In this document: piece by piece, positions 30,283-46,542 of the stretch
Layout: every line of letters begins with the position of its first letter
How positions within the stretch are numbered: position 1 is the stretch's first letter
Source of the DNA: the human T2T-CHM13v2.0 reference genome, Homo sapiens
Direction: 5' to 3' (one strand)
DNA length: 64,000 nt
NCBI RefSeq assembly: GCF_009914755.1
Contig: NC_060946.1
Translations under genes and position numbers: made by a program
Notes under the pieces: model-generated
What the model saw: the letters and a program-made list of their open reading frames with translations, nothing else
Databases searched by the model: none
What the model was told of the DNA's origin: nothing

Positions 30283-32903
30283 ATCTTAACAATTTTTAAG
30301 TGTGCAGTTCAGTTCTGTTAAATACATTCACATTGTTGTGCAACCATCATCACCATCCATCTCCAGAACTTGTCATCTTGCTAAACTGAATCTCTGTACC
30401 CATTATATAATGACTCCACATTCCCTCTTCTCTCCAGCGCCTGACAACCACCATTCTACTTTCTGTCTCTATGAATTTCACTGCTCTAGCTACCTTATAT
30501 AAGTGGAATCATATACCACTTGTTTTGTGTCTGGCTTATTTAACTTAGCATCATGTCCTCAAGGTTCATCCATGTTGCAGCATGTGTCAGAATTCCTTCC
30601 GTTTTTAAGGCTCAATAGTGTTCATTGTATGTATATGCTATATTTTGTTTATCCATTCATCTCTCAGTGAACACTTGGGTTGCTTCCACCTTTTGGCTAC
30701 TGTGGATAGTGCTGCTATGAATATGGGTGTACAAAGATCTCTTCAAGGCCCTGCTTTCAATTTTGGGGGGGGTATATACCCGTAGGTGGAATTGCTACAT
30801 CATATGGCAAGTCCATTTTTAATTCTTTAAGGAACTGCCTATTGTTTCTCGCTGCTAGCAGCTACACCATTTGCAGTACATAAGGGTTCCAATTTTTTCG
30901 CGTCCTCTGCAATAGTTGTTATTTTGTTTTTTGATAGTATCCATTCTATTGGGTGTGAGAGGGTACAGTGTCTTTTTGCACTGATTTGTGGTTCTTTACC
31001 TCTTCTAGATGTGAGCCCTTTATCATTTATACATGCTGCATGTATATTCCCCCACTCTGCCTTGCTTTCGCTCTCTTCTCTCCCCTCCCCTCCACTTCAT
31101 AAAGGTATGATACCTTTAAAGGTATCTTCATGAACAGCAGTTATTTATTTTAATGTAGCTCAATTTATTAATCTTTTCTTTATGGGGTATGTGTGTCTGT
31201 GTGTGTATGTGAGTGTGTGTGTGTGTGTATGTATGTACGTACGTGTATGTGTATGTGTTTTTGTTTAAGAAATCTTAACCCATCCCTAGGTCAAATGAAA
31301 TAGTTGCCTATATTTTTTTCTTTTTCTTTTTGTAGAAACAAGGTCTCACTATGTTGCCCAGGCTTGTCTCAATCTCCTGATTGCAGGAGATCCTTCTGCC
31401 TCACCCTCCCAAAGCCTTGGGATTACAGGTGTGAGCCACCATGCCTGGCCCCTATTTTTTTTTTTCTAAAAGTGTTTTTCTAAATTTCATATTTAGATCC
31501 TCAATCTGTCTGGAAATAATCATGTAAAATCTTTTTATTTTGAAATAATTTTAGACTTACAGAAAAGCTGAAGGACTAGTACTAAGAATTCCAGTATACT
31601 CTATCAAGATTCCTCATATGTTAACCTGTCATGATTATCACTTCCCTGTATATACCATGTATACACACATAGTTTTTTTGGGGGTGGGGGGGCTGTTTCA
31701 GCATGAACTATAGACATAATGCTCCTTTACTGCTGAATATTTCAGTGTGTATTTCCAGAAAAACAAGGACATTCTTTTTTATAACCATAGTAATAACATT
31801 GATAGGATGCTAGTATCTAATGTATAACCTTTCATTAAATTTTGCCAGTTGTGCTAATTTCAGATATAGCAAAAGAGAAAAAAAAATCTGTTTTCTGGCC
31901 CAGTATCCAATCCAGGATTATGTATTGCATTTAGTTGTTATGCTCCTCATCCTATTTAAATTCGGAATAGTTTCTCACTCTGTCTTTTATCACCTTGACA
32001 TTTCTAAGGAGCGAAAGGCAGTTATTTGATAGGCTGCCCTCCAGATTTGGGTTTGGTAATATTTCCTTGTGATAAGATTTGGGTTATGCATTTTAGGCAG
32101 GAATACCACAGAAGTGTATGGAAACAGATGGCTTCCATGTTTTCCATTGTGGGGGATGTTAACTTCCTTTGGCTAGGTTTCTCCACTGTCAGGTTACTGT
32201 GTTCGCTCTTGTAATTAATAAGTAGCTTGTCAGAGATACTTTGAAACTTTGTACATATATCTATCCTTTTTTTTACTAGACTTTTCACCCTGGTTTTAGC
32301 ATTTTTTTTGGATAGTTCTTTCCCAAATCAGTTAGTATTGTGATTTTTGCCACATGGTAATTTTCTAATTCTGTCATTCCTTCTACATGTGTTAGTTGGC
32401 ATTCTGCTACAAGGAAGAGTTTTTACTTTCCCTTGGTTTATATATTCATTTATATTATTGTAAATTCATAGATTCTTAGTGGAGTATAAATTATTAGGAT
32501 CATTTAGTTTTATGCCTAGATTATCCCTGATTTGTCCACTGGGAGCCCATCAGGCTGGTTCCTGTGTCCTTTTGACATGTTCCTATTACTCTTTGAGCAC
32601 TTCCTTCATTTCTGACGTAGTAAGTTTTGTACCTTTTCGGTCCCAGCCCTAGAATCAGCCATTTCTTCAAGGAGGCCTTGTTCTTTTTAGTGGAGGATAG
32701 TACTTAAAAACCAAGACCTGGAGGTTAGATGTGTTCATTGCTTTTGGGACACACACACACACACGCACATATCTATGTCAATTTCTGTATCTGTATCTAT
32801 TAAAATGTGTGAGTTCACACTGATATTTCCAATTCCATTGACTTAAAAGGTTCATAATAGCCTTTCCACATCCTATAATTGTAATCCATTTATCCAACAC
32901 TGA

Positions 32904-33310
<407 letters not shown>

Positions 33311-35064
33311 TGAAGTTCAATATTTGCATACTTTTGTCTTTGGCTTGAGAGTTTGAGGATTTATGGTCAAAATACTACCGTGGTGAAAAAATACTTGGGT
33401 TGTGTTGTTCATTTGAAATACAGTTAGTCTGTTTGTTCCTATCCTATTCCATTTTAGGTTTTTCCTATCTTTATTTAAATTTTATTTATTTGTTTATTTT
33501 CAGCATATGAAACACTAACATGGCTCCACGAGTCAGAACTATATGAGAAGATATGTTCAGAAAAGTGCCCCTCTCCTCCCCTGTTCCCTCTTACGCAGTT
33601 CCCACCCATCCCAGAGGTTAACAGGCAATTTAGTTTTTGTTTATTCTTCTCATGTTTCTTTTTGCATAAATGAGCAAATACACATTTTTTATTTCCTTTT
33701 TTACACAAAAGGTGGCAAAATATATTCTTTTGCACTCTGTTAATCTTTTCACTTAATGTACTCTAGAAATCTCTCTCCATACCAATTGGTAGCAGTCTTT
33801 CTTATTTTTTGTTGCTGTTTAATACCTCATTGTATTCACTAAAGTGTACTTCATATGCTTTCCTGTGTATATATAGGCATTTAAGGCGTACCAGTATTTT
33901 GCAATAAAAAACAATGCTGCAGTGAATAATTAGCCATGTGCATATGTATTTTTGTATTATTGGAGGTGTATCTTCAGGTTAAATTCCTAGAAGTGAAGTT
34001 GCTGGAGAGAAGGTAAATACATGTGTAACTTTGTTAGATATTGCATGATTCCTTTCATAAGGCTTATGTCAAGGTGCATCCCATCAGCAACTAAGGAGAG
34101 TGCCTGTTTCCCCATATTCTTTCCAAAAGAGCATGTTTACCAATCTGTTAAGTGACAAGTGCTGCTTAATTTGCATTTCTCTCATTATGAGTTAGGTTGA
34201 TCATCATTTTCTCTGTGTGTGTGTGTGTTTGTAAACTGATTGTGTGATTCATTCATTTTGTTCATTTTTCTGTCTTTTTTTTTGGTCTTTTTCCCCTCAA
34301 TTTTAAAGCATTCTGTGTTAGGGACCTTAACCATTTGTTTGTGAGATATTGCAAATATACTTTCCCAGTTTTTTATGTTTTAAAATTCTATTTATGATGG
34401 TTTTTTGGTTGTACAAAACATTTTAACTTTTTTTAATTAAAAGGATTTTTTATTTTTAAGATTTTAATTTTTATGTAGTCACATCGATCAAGTCTTTGTT
34501 TTATAATTTTAGATTTAAAATCGTAGTTAGAAAACGTTGGACTTTATGTTTGATATGGTGTGAAATAGGTCTCAGCATTTATTTTTGCCCCCTTGGTGTA
34601 TACACTTGACCTAGCACCATTTTCTGGAAAACTCTTGTTTTCTCCCTTGCTGCCTTGGTTATAAATCAAGTGTCTATAAATATGCAGTTTCTTTATGGAC
34701 TCTGTTTCACTAGTTTATTCTTGTTCCAGTGCTGTACTGTCTTAATCATTATAAGTGCAAAGTTTATGATTTGGTGCCGTTATGTGTATTTAACTTTGTC
34801 ATTAGCCAAAGGCAAATTGTAACCAGAGAAGTGTGATGAGTAGTCCACTTTGACATGACAATGTAGGGTGGTTTTCAATGTAATTATTATCAAATGGAAG
34901 AATTTAACTTACGGAGGAAGAAAGATTAGTTCAAAGATAATTTTACTTTTATTAGCAGGATACAAAAGAAGATTGAAAATATAAGAATGTGTTGAGTTTA
35001 CTTACTGGCTATTTACTGGCTAAGAGAGGAGGGACAAATTGGCAGGAAAGTGGTATGACTTTCA

Positions 35065-35880
<816 letters not shown>

Positions 35881-36924
35881 TTTTCTGCCTCTTTTTAACC
35901 TAATGGTACTGTATTAGAACTTTGATAATTGAATAACAGAAATATGCTTCATATGGACTCACTGACATTTAGAACTGGAAGAGACTTTAGAGATTAGTTA
36001 CTTATGAACTATCTTACCTTGTAGAAATGAATTCAGTATGATTATCTGAGAGAGGGCATGGTTCCAGATAGAAGATAGTGTAAATCAGTTGGCTAACTCA
36101 TGCCAAAGAGAGAAAACTTTTGGGTTCTTTTGTTAAAAAGTAGTTTTTCTCTTTTTTTCCCCCACATATCTTTAACTGCTCTGTGTTCCCTTCATTTCTA
36201 GGAGAAGTAAAAACGTTTCTTCACTACTTTTTAGAATAATAAATTTACAGCCAATTTATTATCCATAGTGTTTTTTAAGGCTCATGTTTTTTAAATTGCC
36301 TTTATAAAATATAAATATTGCAGATGGTCTTTCTCAAGTAATAACGATCATTTAGACAGCAGAACCCTTTCTCAAACTGTAAAGCCTCTAGTTTTTTATT
36401 AATATATTATGCATGTTTTAGAAAATACCTCCTTTCAATTGTGACTAAAATTTGATTACTACAGAATTATAAGGTAAAAAAGATAAATTTCAGAATAAAT
36501 TCTTTTAGATACTGGCCTCATCATGGAATCACTTTAGAGCAGTGAAGATTATTTGACTCTCAAGGATATTTCTTTCTAGAAATTGCAAGATGACACTTCC
36601 TGTGGCATTATAGGACTTTCCCAAGATATCATGTGCTATCCCCCATCATCTGAATCTGGCATATGTGGACACATAGCAGGCTTCCATAAAGTCTTTGATT
36701 ACATGTACGAGTTTATTATTTTAAAAAGAAGTACGTGATTGTTTATAAACCTATAAAGAAGTTCTGTTTCTGTAGGACAGTATGGTGTGCTGCTTACTAC
36801 CTGTCAGATAGTTTTGGTAATAGGGCTCTTGAACTTAGTATAAAAGTCATGAGCTTTGTTGAGTCTCAAAATATCTAATCTTGCTTGATCTAGTAAATTT
36901 GTTTTTATTTTCTGTTGCTTCTAG

Positions 36925-37131
<207 letters not shown>

Positions 37132-37353
37132 TGATGCATTGGTGTTTACAGTGTTCCATCTAATTATAGGAAATTTTAGACATACAAAAGTAGATGGATT
37201 GATATTTCAGCCCAATACGCTCATCACCATTATCAACTCATAGCCAGTTGTAACTCCTGATACCCACCCTTCCCTCTTATTATTTTGAAGCAGATTCTGG
37301 ACATCATATCATTTCATCCATAAATACTTTATTATCTTGGAAAGAGAAGGATT

Positions 37354-37960
37354 CTTTTTTTTTTTTTTTTTTGAGACAGAGTCTTAGTCACGCAGGCTGA
37401 AGTGCAATGGTGCCATCTTGGCTCACCACAACCTTCGCCTCCCAGGTTCAAGCGATTCTCCTGCCTCAGCCTCCTGAGTAGCTGGGATTACAGGCATGCG
37501 CCACCATGCCTGGCTAATTTTTGTATTTTTAGTAGAGATGGGGTTTCACCATGTTGGTCAGGCTGGTCTCGAACTCCTGACCTTGTGATCTGCCTGCCTT
37601 GGCCTCCCAAAGTGTTGGGATTACAGGCATGAGCCACTACACCTGGCCAAGGAGAAGGATTTTTCTTTTTTTTTGAGATGGAGTTTCGCTCTGTCACCCA
37701 GACTGGAGTGCAATGGCATGATCTCAGCTAACTGCAAGCTTCGCCTCCTGGGTTGATGCCATTCTCCTGCCTCAGCCTCCCGAGCAGCTAGGACTACAGG
37801 CGCCCACCACCAAGCCCAGCTAGTTTTGTTTTTTGTATTTTTAGTAGAGACAGAGTTTCACCGTGTTAGCCAGGATGGTCTTGATCTCCTGACCTCGTGA
37901 TCTGCCCGCCTCGGCCTCCCAAAGTGCTGGTATTACAGGCGTGAGCCACCACGCCCGACC
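37354..37960 (-). mobile_element. Two tandem antisense Alus
   Basis: 37354-37648 and ~37660-37960; shared flanking motif gagaaggatt. Confidence 0.9.
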
Positions 37961-39329
37961 AGAGAAGGATTCTTTTAAAAATATAATCATAATACCATTA
38001 TCAGTCCTTGAAATAACTGATAATCATTCCTTAAATCATAACTTATTCAATGAGTATTTAAATTTCCAACAGTCTTATAAATATTTTTGTTTTATTTACT
38101 GTCTATTTTTATATTTGGATCAGGACTCATGTAGGTCCATATATAATTGGCTGATGTGTCTCTTAAATCTTCTTTTTTAAAATCCATGGGTTTATCCTGA
38201 TTCTTGCAGTTTAATTTTTGTGGAAGCTGGTCATATGACCTATAGAGTTTCTGAGCATGTGGATTTTTATATCGTAATACCCCCATGATGTTTTTGCCCA
38301 TCACCCTTTATTGTCTGTATTTATTGTAAATGGCATTGGAGCCTTATGGGACAGATTCAGGTCCCCTGTCCCCCCATTTTGAAAACAAAACAACCAAAAT
38401 ACAAGACTCCTTCATAGGTGGTGGTGTGTCCACCCATCAGGAAACACATAGTTTTTGATTGTCCCTCTTTAAATGATGTTAGAAGCCTCTGATGATCAGT
38501 GCCTAGATCCATTCATTCTAATTCTGCCATCTTTCTTCATTCAGTAACAGGTATTTGTTTTTAGATTTGATGGAGTTGATAAATTATCCTACAGTCCAAG
38601 GAGTAATGCTCTCATATTTTACTTCTTACGTTTATAGAAAAAGAACTTTAAAACTTCTAGTAAACATAAGATCAAGTGTTTGTAATAAAGCTTATGAAGG
38701 CAAATTGTAAAAATTACATCAGATCCTTTTCTGTCATCGTAATTTAGGCTCTTAGCCCCTCTTGTGTGTATTAGACTCTCCTAGCCCAGGATTACCTACT
38801 GTCTTCATTTTTGCTTTGGCTTTATGCAGATTCTTCCTTCCATTTCAGATTGGGCCTCCCTGTTAATGATAATAGGTGCGATTAACAGGAAGGAATATTG
38901 AAGTCCTTGCTTTCTGATTTACAGGCATGATTTCATTTTATCCTCACCTGTAGTCCTGTGAGAACTAGTATCCTCATTTTAGAGATGAGAAAGCTTAAGT
39001 GTCTTGGCCAAGGCCATGCATTCATTTGCTCAGTAAATATTTATTGGGGATCTGTTTTGACAAGGCCACAAGGCTGGTGGTGAGGCAAGGTCTTTTACTC
39101 CCAAGCCTGGGGTCATCACCACATTTAACATTGTAGCTTATGTGGTAGGAAGGAAATTAAATACTCTTGCCATTTGCATGTCTTCCTGTTTCCTGCCTTT
39201 AGAATTGTACTGGGAGAGATTCCATGTGTTTGTATACTTAGTTTCTTACTGACTGATGCTACCTGACCTCAGGATTCAGTTATCACCTCTCTGGATTAGC
39301 TGCCCCAGTATGGCTTTGTACGTTTATTT

Positions 39330-39706
39330 TATTTTGCTGGGGATGTCATAACAAAATACCACAGACTGGATGGCTTAAGCCACAGAAATTTATTTTCTCA
39401 AATCTGGAAGCCAGAAGTCTGAAATGAGGGTGTTAGCAGATTTACTTTCTCCTGAGATCTCTTTTTTGTCTTGCAGATGGCTGCCTTCTCTGTGTCTTCC
39501 CTCTGTGTGTGTGTCCTCATCTCCTCCTCTTACAAGAACGCCAGTCATGTTGGATTAGGGCCCACCCTAATGACTTCATCTTACGTTAATTACCTCTTTA
39601 ACTTCATTATCCTGTCTCCAGGTGCAGTCACATTTGAGGTTTTGGGGTTAGGGCTTCAACATATTAATTTTGTGTGTTTTGTGCGGGCACAGTTCAGCCT
39701 ATAACA
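39330..39706 (-). mobile_element. MLT1-type MaLR LTR
   Basis: cataacaaaataccacagactggatggcttaag...cagaaatttattttctc...ggattagggcccaccctaatgac signature. Confidence 0.75.
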
Positions 39707-39889
39707 ACATCCTTATTCTTCAGTTCATCTGCTCTACCTTTACCTCCTCCAGTGACTTTCCTAAGACTGTTTGATTTCCATGTATCAATTCACTTGTCTT
39801 TACCTCAGATTATTCTGTCTACTCATTACAGTAATCCAGAGAAGAATTTTTCTTCTTTTATCTTTCAAACATGAACAGATTTTCTTTTT

Positions 39890-42150
39890 ATTTATTTATT
39901 TATTTATTTATTGATCATTCTTGGGTGTTTCTCGCAGAGGGGGATTTGGCAGGGTCACAGGACAATAGTGGAGGGAAGGTCAGCAGATAAACAAGTGAAC
40001 AAAGGTCTCTGGTTTTCCTAGGCAGAGGACCCTGCGGCCTTCCGCAGTGTTTGTGTCCCTGGGTACTTGAGATTAGGGAGTGGTGATGACTCTGAACGAG
40101 CATGCTGCCTTCAAGCGTCTGTTTAACAAAGCACATCTTGCACCGCCCTTAATCCATTTAACCCTGAGTGGACACAGCACATGTTTCAGAGAGCACAGGG
40201 TTGGGGGTAAGGTCACAGATCAACAGGATCCCAAGGCAGAAGAATTTTTCTTAGTACAGAACAAAATTAAAAGTCTCCCATGTCTACCTCTTTCTACACA
40301 GACACGGCAACCATCCGATTTCTCAATCTTTTCCCCACCTTTCCCCCCTTTCTATTCCACAAAACCACCATTGTCATCATGGCCCATTCTCAATGAGCTG
40401 TTGGGTACACCTCCCAGACGGGGTGGTGGCCGGGCAGAGGGGCTCCTCACTTCCCAGTAGGGGCGGCCGGGCAGAGGCGCCCCTCACCTCCTGGATGGGG
40501 CGGCTGGCCGGGCTGGGGGCTGACCCCCCCAACCTCCCTCCCAGACGGGGCGGCTGGCCGGGCCGAGGAGCTCCTCACTTCCCAGTAGGGGCGGCCGGGC
40601 AGAGGCGCCCCTCACCTCCTGGACGGGGCGGCTGGCCGGGCGGGGGGCTGACCCCCCCACCTCCCTCCCGGAGGGGGTGGCTGGCCGGGCGGTGGGGCTG
40701 ACCCCCCCACCTCCCTCCTGGACGGGGCGGCTGGCTGGGCGGGGGGCTGACCCCCCTACCTCCCTCCCGGACGGGGCGGCTGGCTGGGCAGAGGGGCTCC
40801 TCACTTCCCAGTAGGGGCGGCCGGGCAGAGGCGCCCCTCACCTCCCGGATGGGGCGGCTGGCCGGGCGGGGGGCTGACCCCCCCCACCTCCCTCCCGGAC
40901 GGGGCGGCTGGCCAGGCGGGGGGCTGACCCCCCCCACCTCCCTCCCGGACGGGGCGGCTGGCCGGGCAGAGGGGCTCCTCACTTCCCAGTAGGGGCGGCC
41001 GGGCAGAGGCGCCCCTCACCTCCCAGATGGGGCGCTGGCCGGGCGGGGGGCTGACCCCCCAACCTCCCGGACGGGGCGGCTGGCTGGGCAGGGGGCTGAC
41101 CCCCCCACCTCCCTCCCGGACGGGGCGGCTGGCCAGGCAGAGGGGCTCCTCACTTCCCAGTAGGGGCGGCCGGGCAGAGGCGCCCCTCGCCTCCCGGACG
41201 GGGCGGCTGGCCGGGCGGGGGGCTGATCCCCCCACCTCCCTCCCGGACGGGGCGGCTGGCCAGGCGGGGGGCTGACCCCCCCATCTCCCTCCTGGACGGG
41301 GTGGCTGCCCGGCAGAGATGCTCCTCACTTCCCAGACGGGGTGGCTGCCGGGCGGAGGGGCTCCTCACTTCTCAGACGGGGCGGCTGCTGGGCGGAGGGG
41401 CTCCTCACTTCTCAGACAGGGCGGTTGCCAGGCAGAGGGTCTCCTCACTTCTCAGATGGTGCGGCCGGGCAGAGACGCTCCTCACATCCCGGACGGGGCG
41501 ACAGGGCAGAGGCGCTCCCCACATCTCAGATGATGGGCGGCCGGGCAGAGACGCTCCTCACTTCCTAGATGGGATGGCGGCCGGGAAGAGGCGCTCCTCA
41601 CTTCCTAGATGGGATGGCGGCTGGGCAGAGACGCTCCTCACTTTCCAGACTGGGCAGCCAGGCAGAGGGGCTCCTCACATCCCAGACGATGGGCGGCCAG
41701 GCAGAGACGCTCCTCACTTCCCAGACGGGGTGGGGCCGGGCAGAGGCTGCAATCTCGGCACTTTGGGAGGCCAAGGCAGGCTGCTGGGAGGTGGATGTTG
41801 TAGCAAGTCGAGATCACGCCACTGCACTCCAGCCTGGGCACCATTGAGCAATGAGTGAAGGAGACTCCGTCTGCAATCCCGGCACCTCGGGAGGCCGAGG
41901 CTGGCAGATCACTCGCGGTTAGGAGCTGGAGACCAGCCCGGCCAACACAGCGAAACCCCGTCTCCACCCAAAAAATACGAAAACCAGTCAGGCGTGGCGG
42001 CGCGCGCCTGCAATCGCAGGCACTCGGCAGGCTGAGGCAGGAGAATCAGGCAGGGAGGTTGCAGTGAGCCGAGATGGCAGCAGTACAGTCCAGCTTCGGC
42101 TCGGCATCAGAGGGAGACCGTGGAAAGAGGGGAGAGGGGAGAGGGAGAGC
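39890..42150 (-). mobile_element. SVA retrotransposon (SVA_D-like), near full length, antisense to gene
   Basis: On the minus strand: short CCCTCT-type hexamer head (~42125-42150), Alu-like domain (~41750-42120), GC-rich VNTR (~40410-41740), SINE-R (~39915-40400), (TAAA)n tail; 14-bp TSD CAGATTTTCTTTTT at 39876-39889 and 42151-42164. Subfamily is from recall. Confidence 0.95.
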
Positions 42151-42248
42151 CAGATTTTCTTTTTTATAAGGATTTTTGATTTAGATAAGGATGTGGTACC
42201 ACTTGCAGAACTAGGGAAAGGAATTAATGTTGGGGAAAAAAGTTACCC

Positions 42249-42544
42249 CAGCCAGGTGCGATGGTGCACGCCTGTAATCCCAGCACTTTAGGAGGCCAAG
42301 GTGGGCAGATCACTTGAGCCTAGGAGTTCAAGACCAGCTTGGGCAACATGCCCAATGTGGTGAAACCCCGTCTCTACAAAAAATACAAAAATTAGCTGGG
42401 TATGGTGGCGTGTGCTTGTAGTCCTAGCTACTCGGGTGGCTGAGGTGGGAGGATCACCTGAGCCTGGGAGGTAGAGTTGCCGTGAGCTGTGATGGCACAA
42501 CTGCACTCTAGCCTGGGTGACAGAGCCTCAAAAAAAAAAAAAAA
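42249..42544 (+). mobile_element. Alu (AluJ-like)
   Basis: Sense Alu with A-tail. Confidence 0.88.
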
Positions 42545-42756
42545 GTTATGCCATCTTTTTCCATTTTTGGCCTCCGTATACAGTTGTTTATCCCAGTCTG
42601 GTTACTCTTGCCTTTGATATCTGTCACAGATTTCTTGCCTCTTCTCTGTTCTTACTGCCGCCCCTGAATGTGGGACCTCTTTTACCTCATTGGTCTACCT
42701 GCCCACATTCCTCCTCTGCTGCTCTGCTTTCTTCCTTATGTATTCCACTTAGAATC

Positions 42757-43124
42757 TGTATTAGTCCATTCTCATGCTGCTGTAAAGAACTGCCCCAGAC
42801 TGAGTAATTCATAAAGAAAAGAGGTTTAATTTACTCACAGGTCCACAGAGATGGGGAGGCCTCTGGAAACTTAGAATTATGGTGGAAGGGGTAGCAGGCA
42901 CATTCTTCTCCACATAGTGGCAGGAAGGAGGAGAATGAGAGCCAAGCAAAGGGGAAGCCCCTTACCATCGGCTGTCATGAGAACTCACTATCACGAGAAC
43001 AGCGTGAGGGTAACTGCTTCCATGATTAAATTACCTCCCAACAGGTCCCTCCCGAAACACATAGGGATTATGGGAACTACAGTTCAAGATGAGATTTGGG
43101 TGGGGACACAGCCAAACCATATCA
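42757..43124 (-). mobile_element. THE1 (THE1D-like) MaLR solo LTR
   Basis: tgtattagtccattctcatgctgct...gggacacagccaaaccatatca; near-TSD gaatc/gtatc. Confidence 0.85.
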
Positions 43125-43559
43125 GTATCCTCTAGATTAATTTTCATAAAATGTACTTTTCCTTACATTTCTTTCCTACTCAGGATCATTTATTGACTTA
43201 GTGTGACTCACTGAATTCTGCCTATCTTTTGGGACTCTATATGAACATTCCCCAGCAGCTTCCGTTAACTGTGTGACTGTACTTTTCCTTTCTGTGTGCC
43301 ATGTTCACTTCTGCTTCCTTTCGTTGTCTGTCTTTTTGCCAGCCTGAATTCCGCATCCTCCTGTATACCTGTTCTGTTAGTGGCTATCTCCCTCTATCTG
43401 TGGAGATCATTTGCTCCCTGTTACCTCTACAGCCTGGATCCCACCACCTAATGAACCAGCAGGGTCTTTAAAAATACTTATTGATTAGATGTGGATCTTA
43501 TTTTTTAACATAAAAATTTGTTATTTCTTAAGTATTTACAGGTATTTAAACATATTCCT

Positions 43560-43920
43560 GGCCAGGTGCGGTGGCTCACGCCTGTAAGTGCGGTGGCTCA
43601 CGCCTGTAAATTCAGTGGCTCACGCCTGTAATCCCAGCACGCTGGGAGACCGACGCGGGCAGATCATTTGAGGTCAGGAGTTTGAGACCAGCCTGGCCAA
43701 CATGGTGAAACCCTATCTCTACTAAAAATACAAAAAAATTAGCCAGGCATGGTGGCACGCTCCTGTAATCCCAGCTACTTGGGAGGCCTAGGAAGGAGAA
43801 TCGCTTGAACCTGGGAGTCAGAGGTTGCAGTGAGCCGAAATCGCTCCACTGCACTATAGCCTGGGTGATGGTCAAGAGAGACTCCATCTCAAAAAAAACC
43901 AAAAAAACGAACAAAAAAAA
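43560..43920 (+). mobile_element. Alu (AluS-like) with triplicated 5' end
   Basis: Sense Alu; 3 x 22-bp head repeat. Confidence 0.9.
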
Positions 43921-44064
43921 CTTCCTGTTCTTTTTGTATTAAACAAATGATTGTGTCAGTTTTCACAGGTTTAAAATTTTAGTAGTTAAGTAATCATGTG
44001 ATTCACGTAGATTTGATTGACGCATCATCATTATTTAACATTAGTGCTTCGTTGTTTTTTACAT

Positions 44065-44320
44065 TTAGAGAGACAGTATAACATACTGGTTAAGGTGCAA
44101 AATCTGGAACCAGACTGCCTGGGTTTCAATTTTGGCTCATCTATTTATTACCTGTGACATGTTGGCAAATTATTTAACATCTGTGTCTGAGTTTCTTCAT
44201 CTGTAAAACAAGGTGATAATAGCACCTACCTCACGTCTTTAATGAGGCTTATATAAGTTAATGTATGTGAAGTGTTAATGTATTTGTATAACCAAGTGCT
44301 AGGTATGTGTTAGCTATTGT
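44065..44320. mobile_element. MIR
   Basis: ctgagtttcttcatctgtaaaa core. Confidence 0.65.
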
Positions 44321-44796
44321 TATAATTGTTATTATTTATGTGGCATTTTATGGTGTTAAAACTATTTTGCATTTACTTTGGTCAGAGTAAAATTTTTGTG
44401 TTTCTAGTAGGTAGCTTAGATTTTTGGTTTTCCCAGAGACTGCTTTTCCCTTCTTGCCCACCTATGATCTCCCTTCACTATCTGTGTACAGTTAGTTTAC
44501 CACCGACTGGCTAATCCTGGAGTCATCTTCACCTGTCTTGCCCTAGAATATTATGCCTCTGGCCAACTGGTTAAAACCCCACTTCTGGATTCAAGTTAAT
44601 GTATATCATTTAAATAACAGCTTTGTAGAAATGTAATTCACATTCCATAAAATTTACTCTTTTAAAAACATGTAAAACAAAGTGTATAACTTATTTCTCC
44701 TTGATAATTAAAAGATGAATGATCTTCTGGTTTTGAAGAAATTGAACTTTAACAGACTCTAAGGCAAGATTATTGTAGATCTAAATCATTGTGTAG

Positions 44797-46542
<1,746 letters not shown>

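Noticed and set aside
40410-41740. CpG-island-like or CRISPR-like repeat array
   Set aside because: It is the SVA VNTR (~35-50-bp units without unique spacers); no cas genes; eukaryotic context.
40080-42291. Many overlapping GC-rich ORFs (up to 185 aa) on both strands
   Set aside because: All lie in the SVA VNTR/Alu-like/SINE-R domains; stop-poor tandem repeats with no splice or protein-family support.
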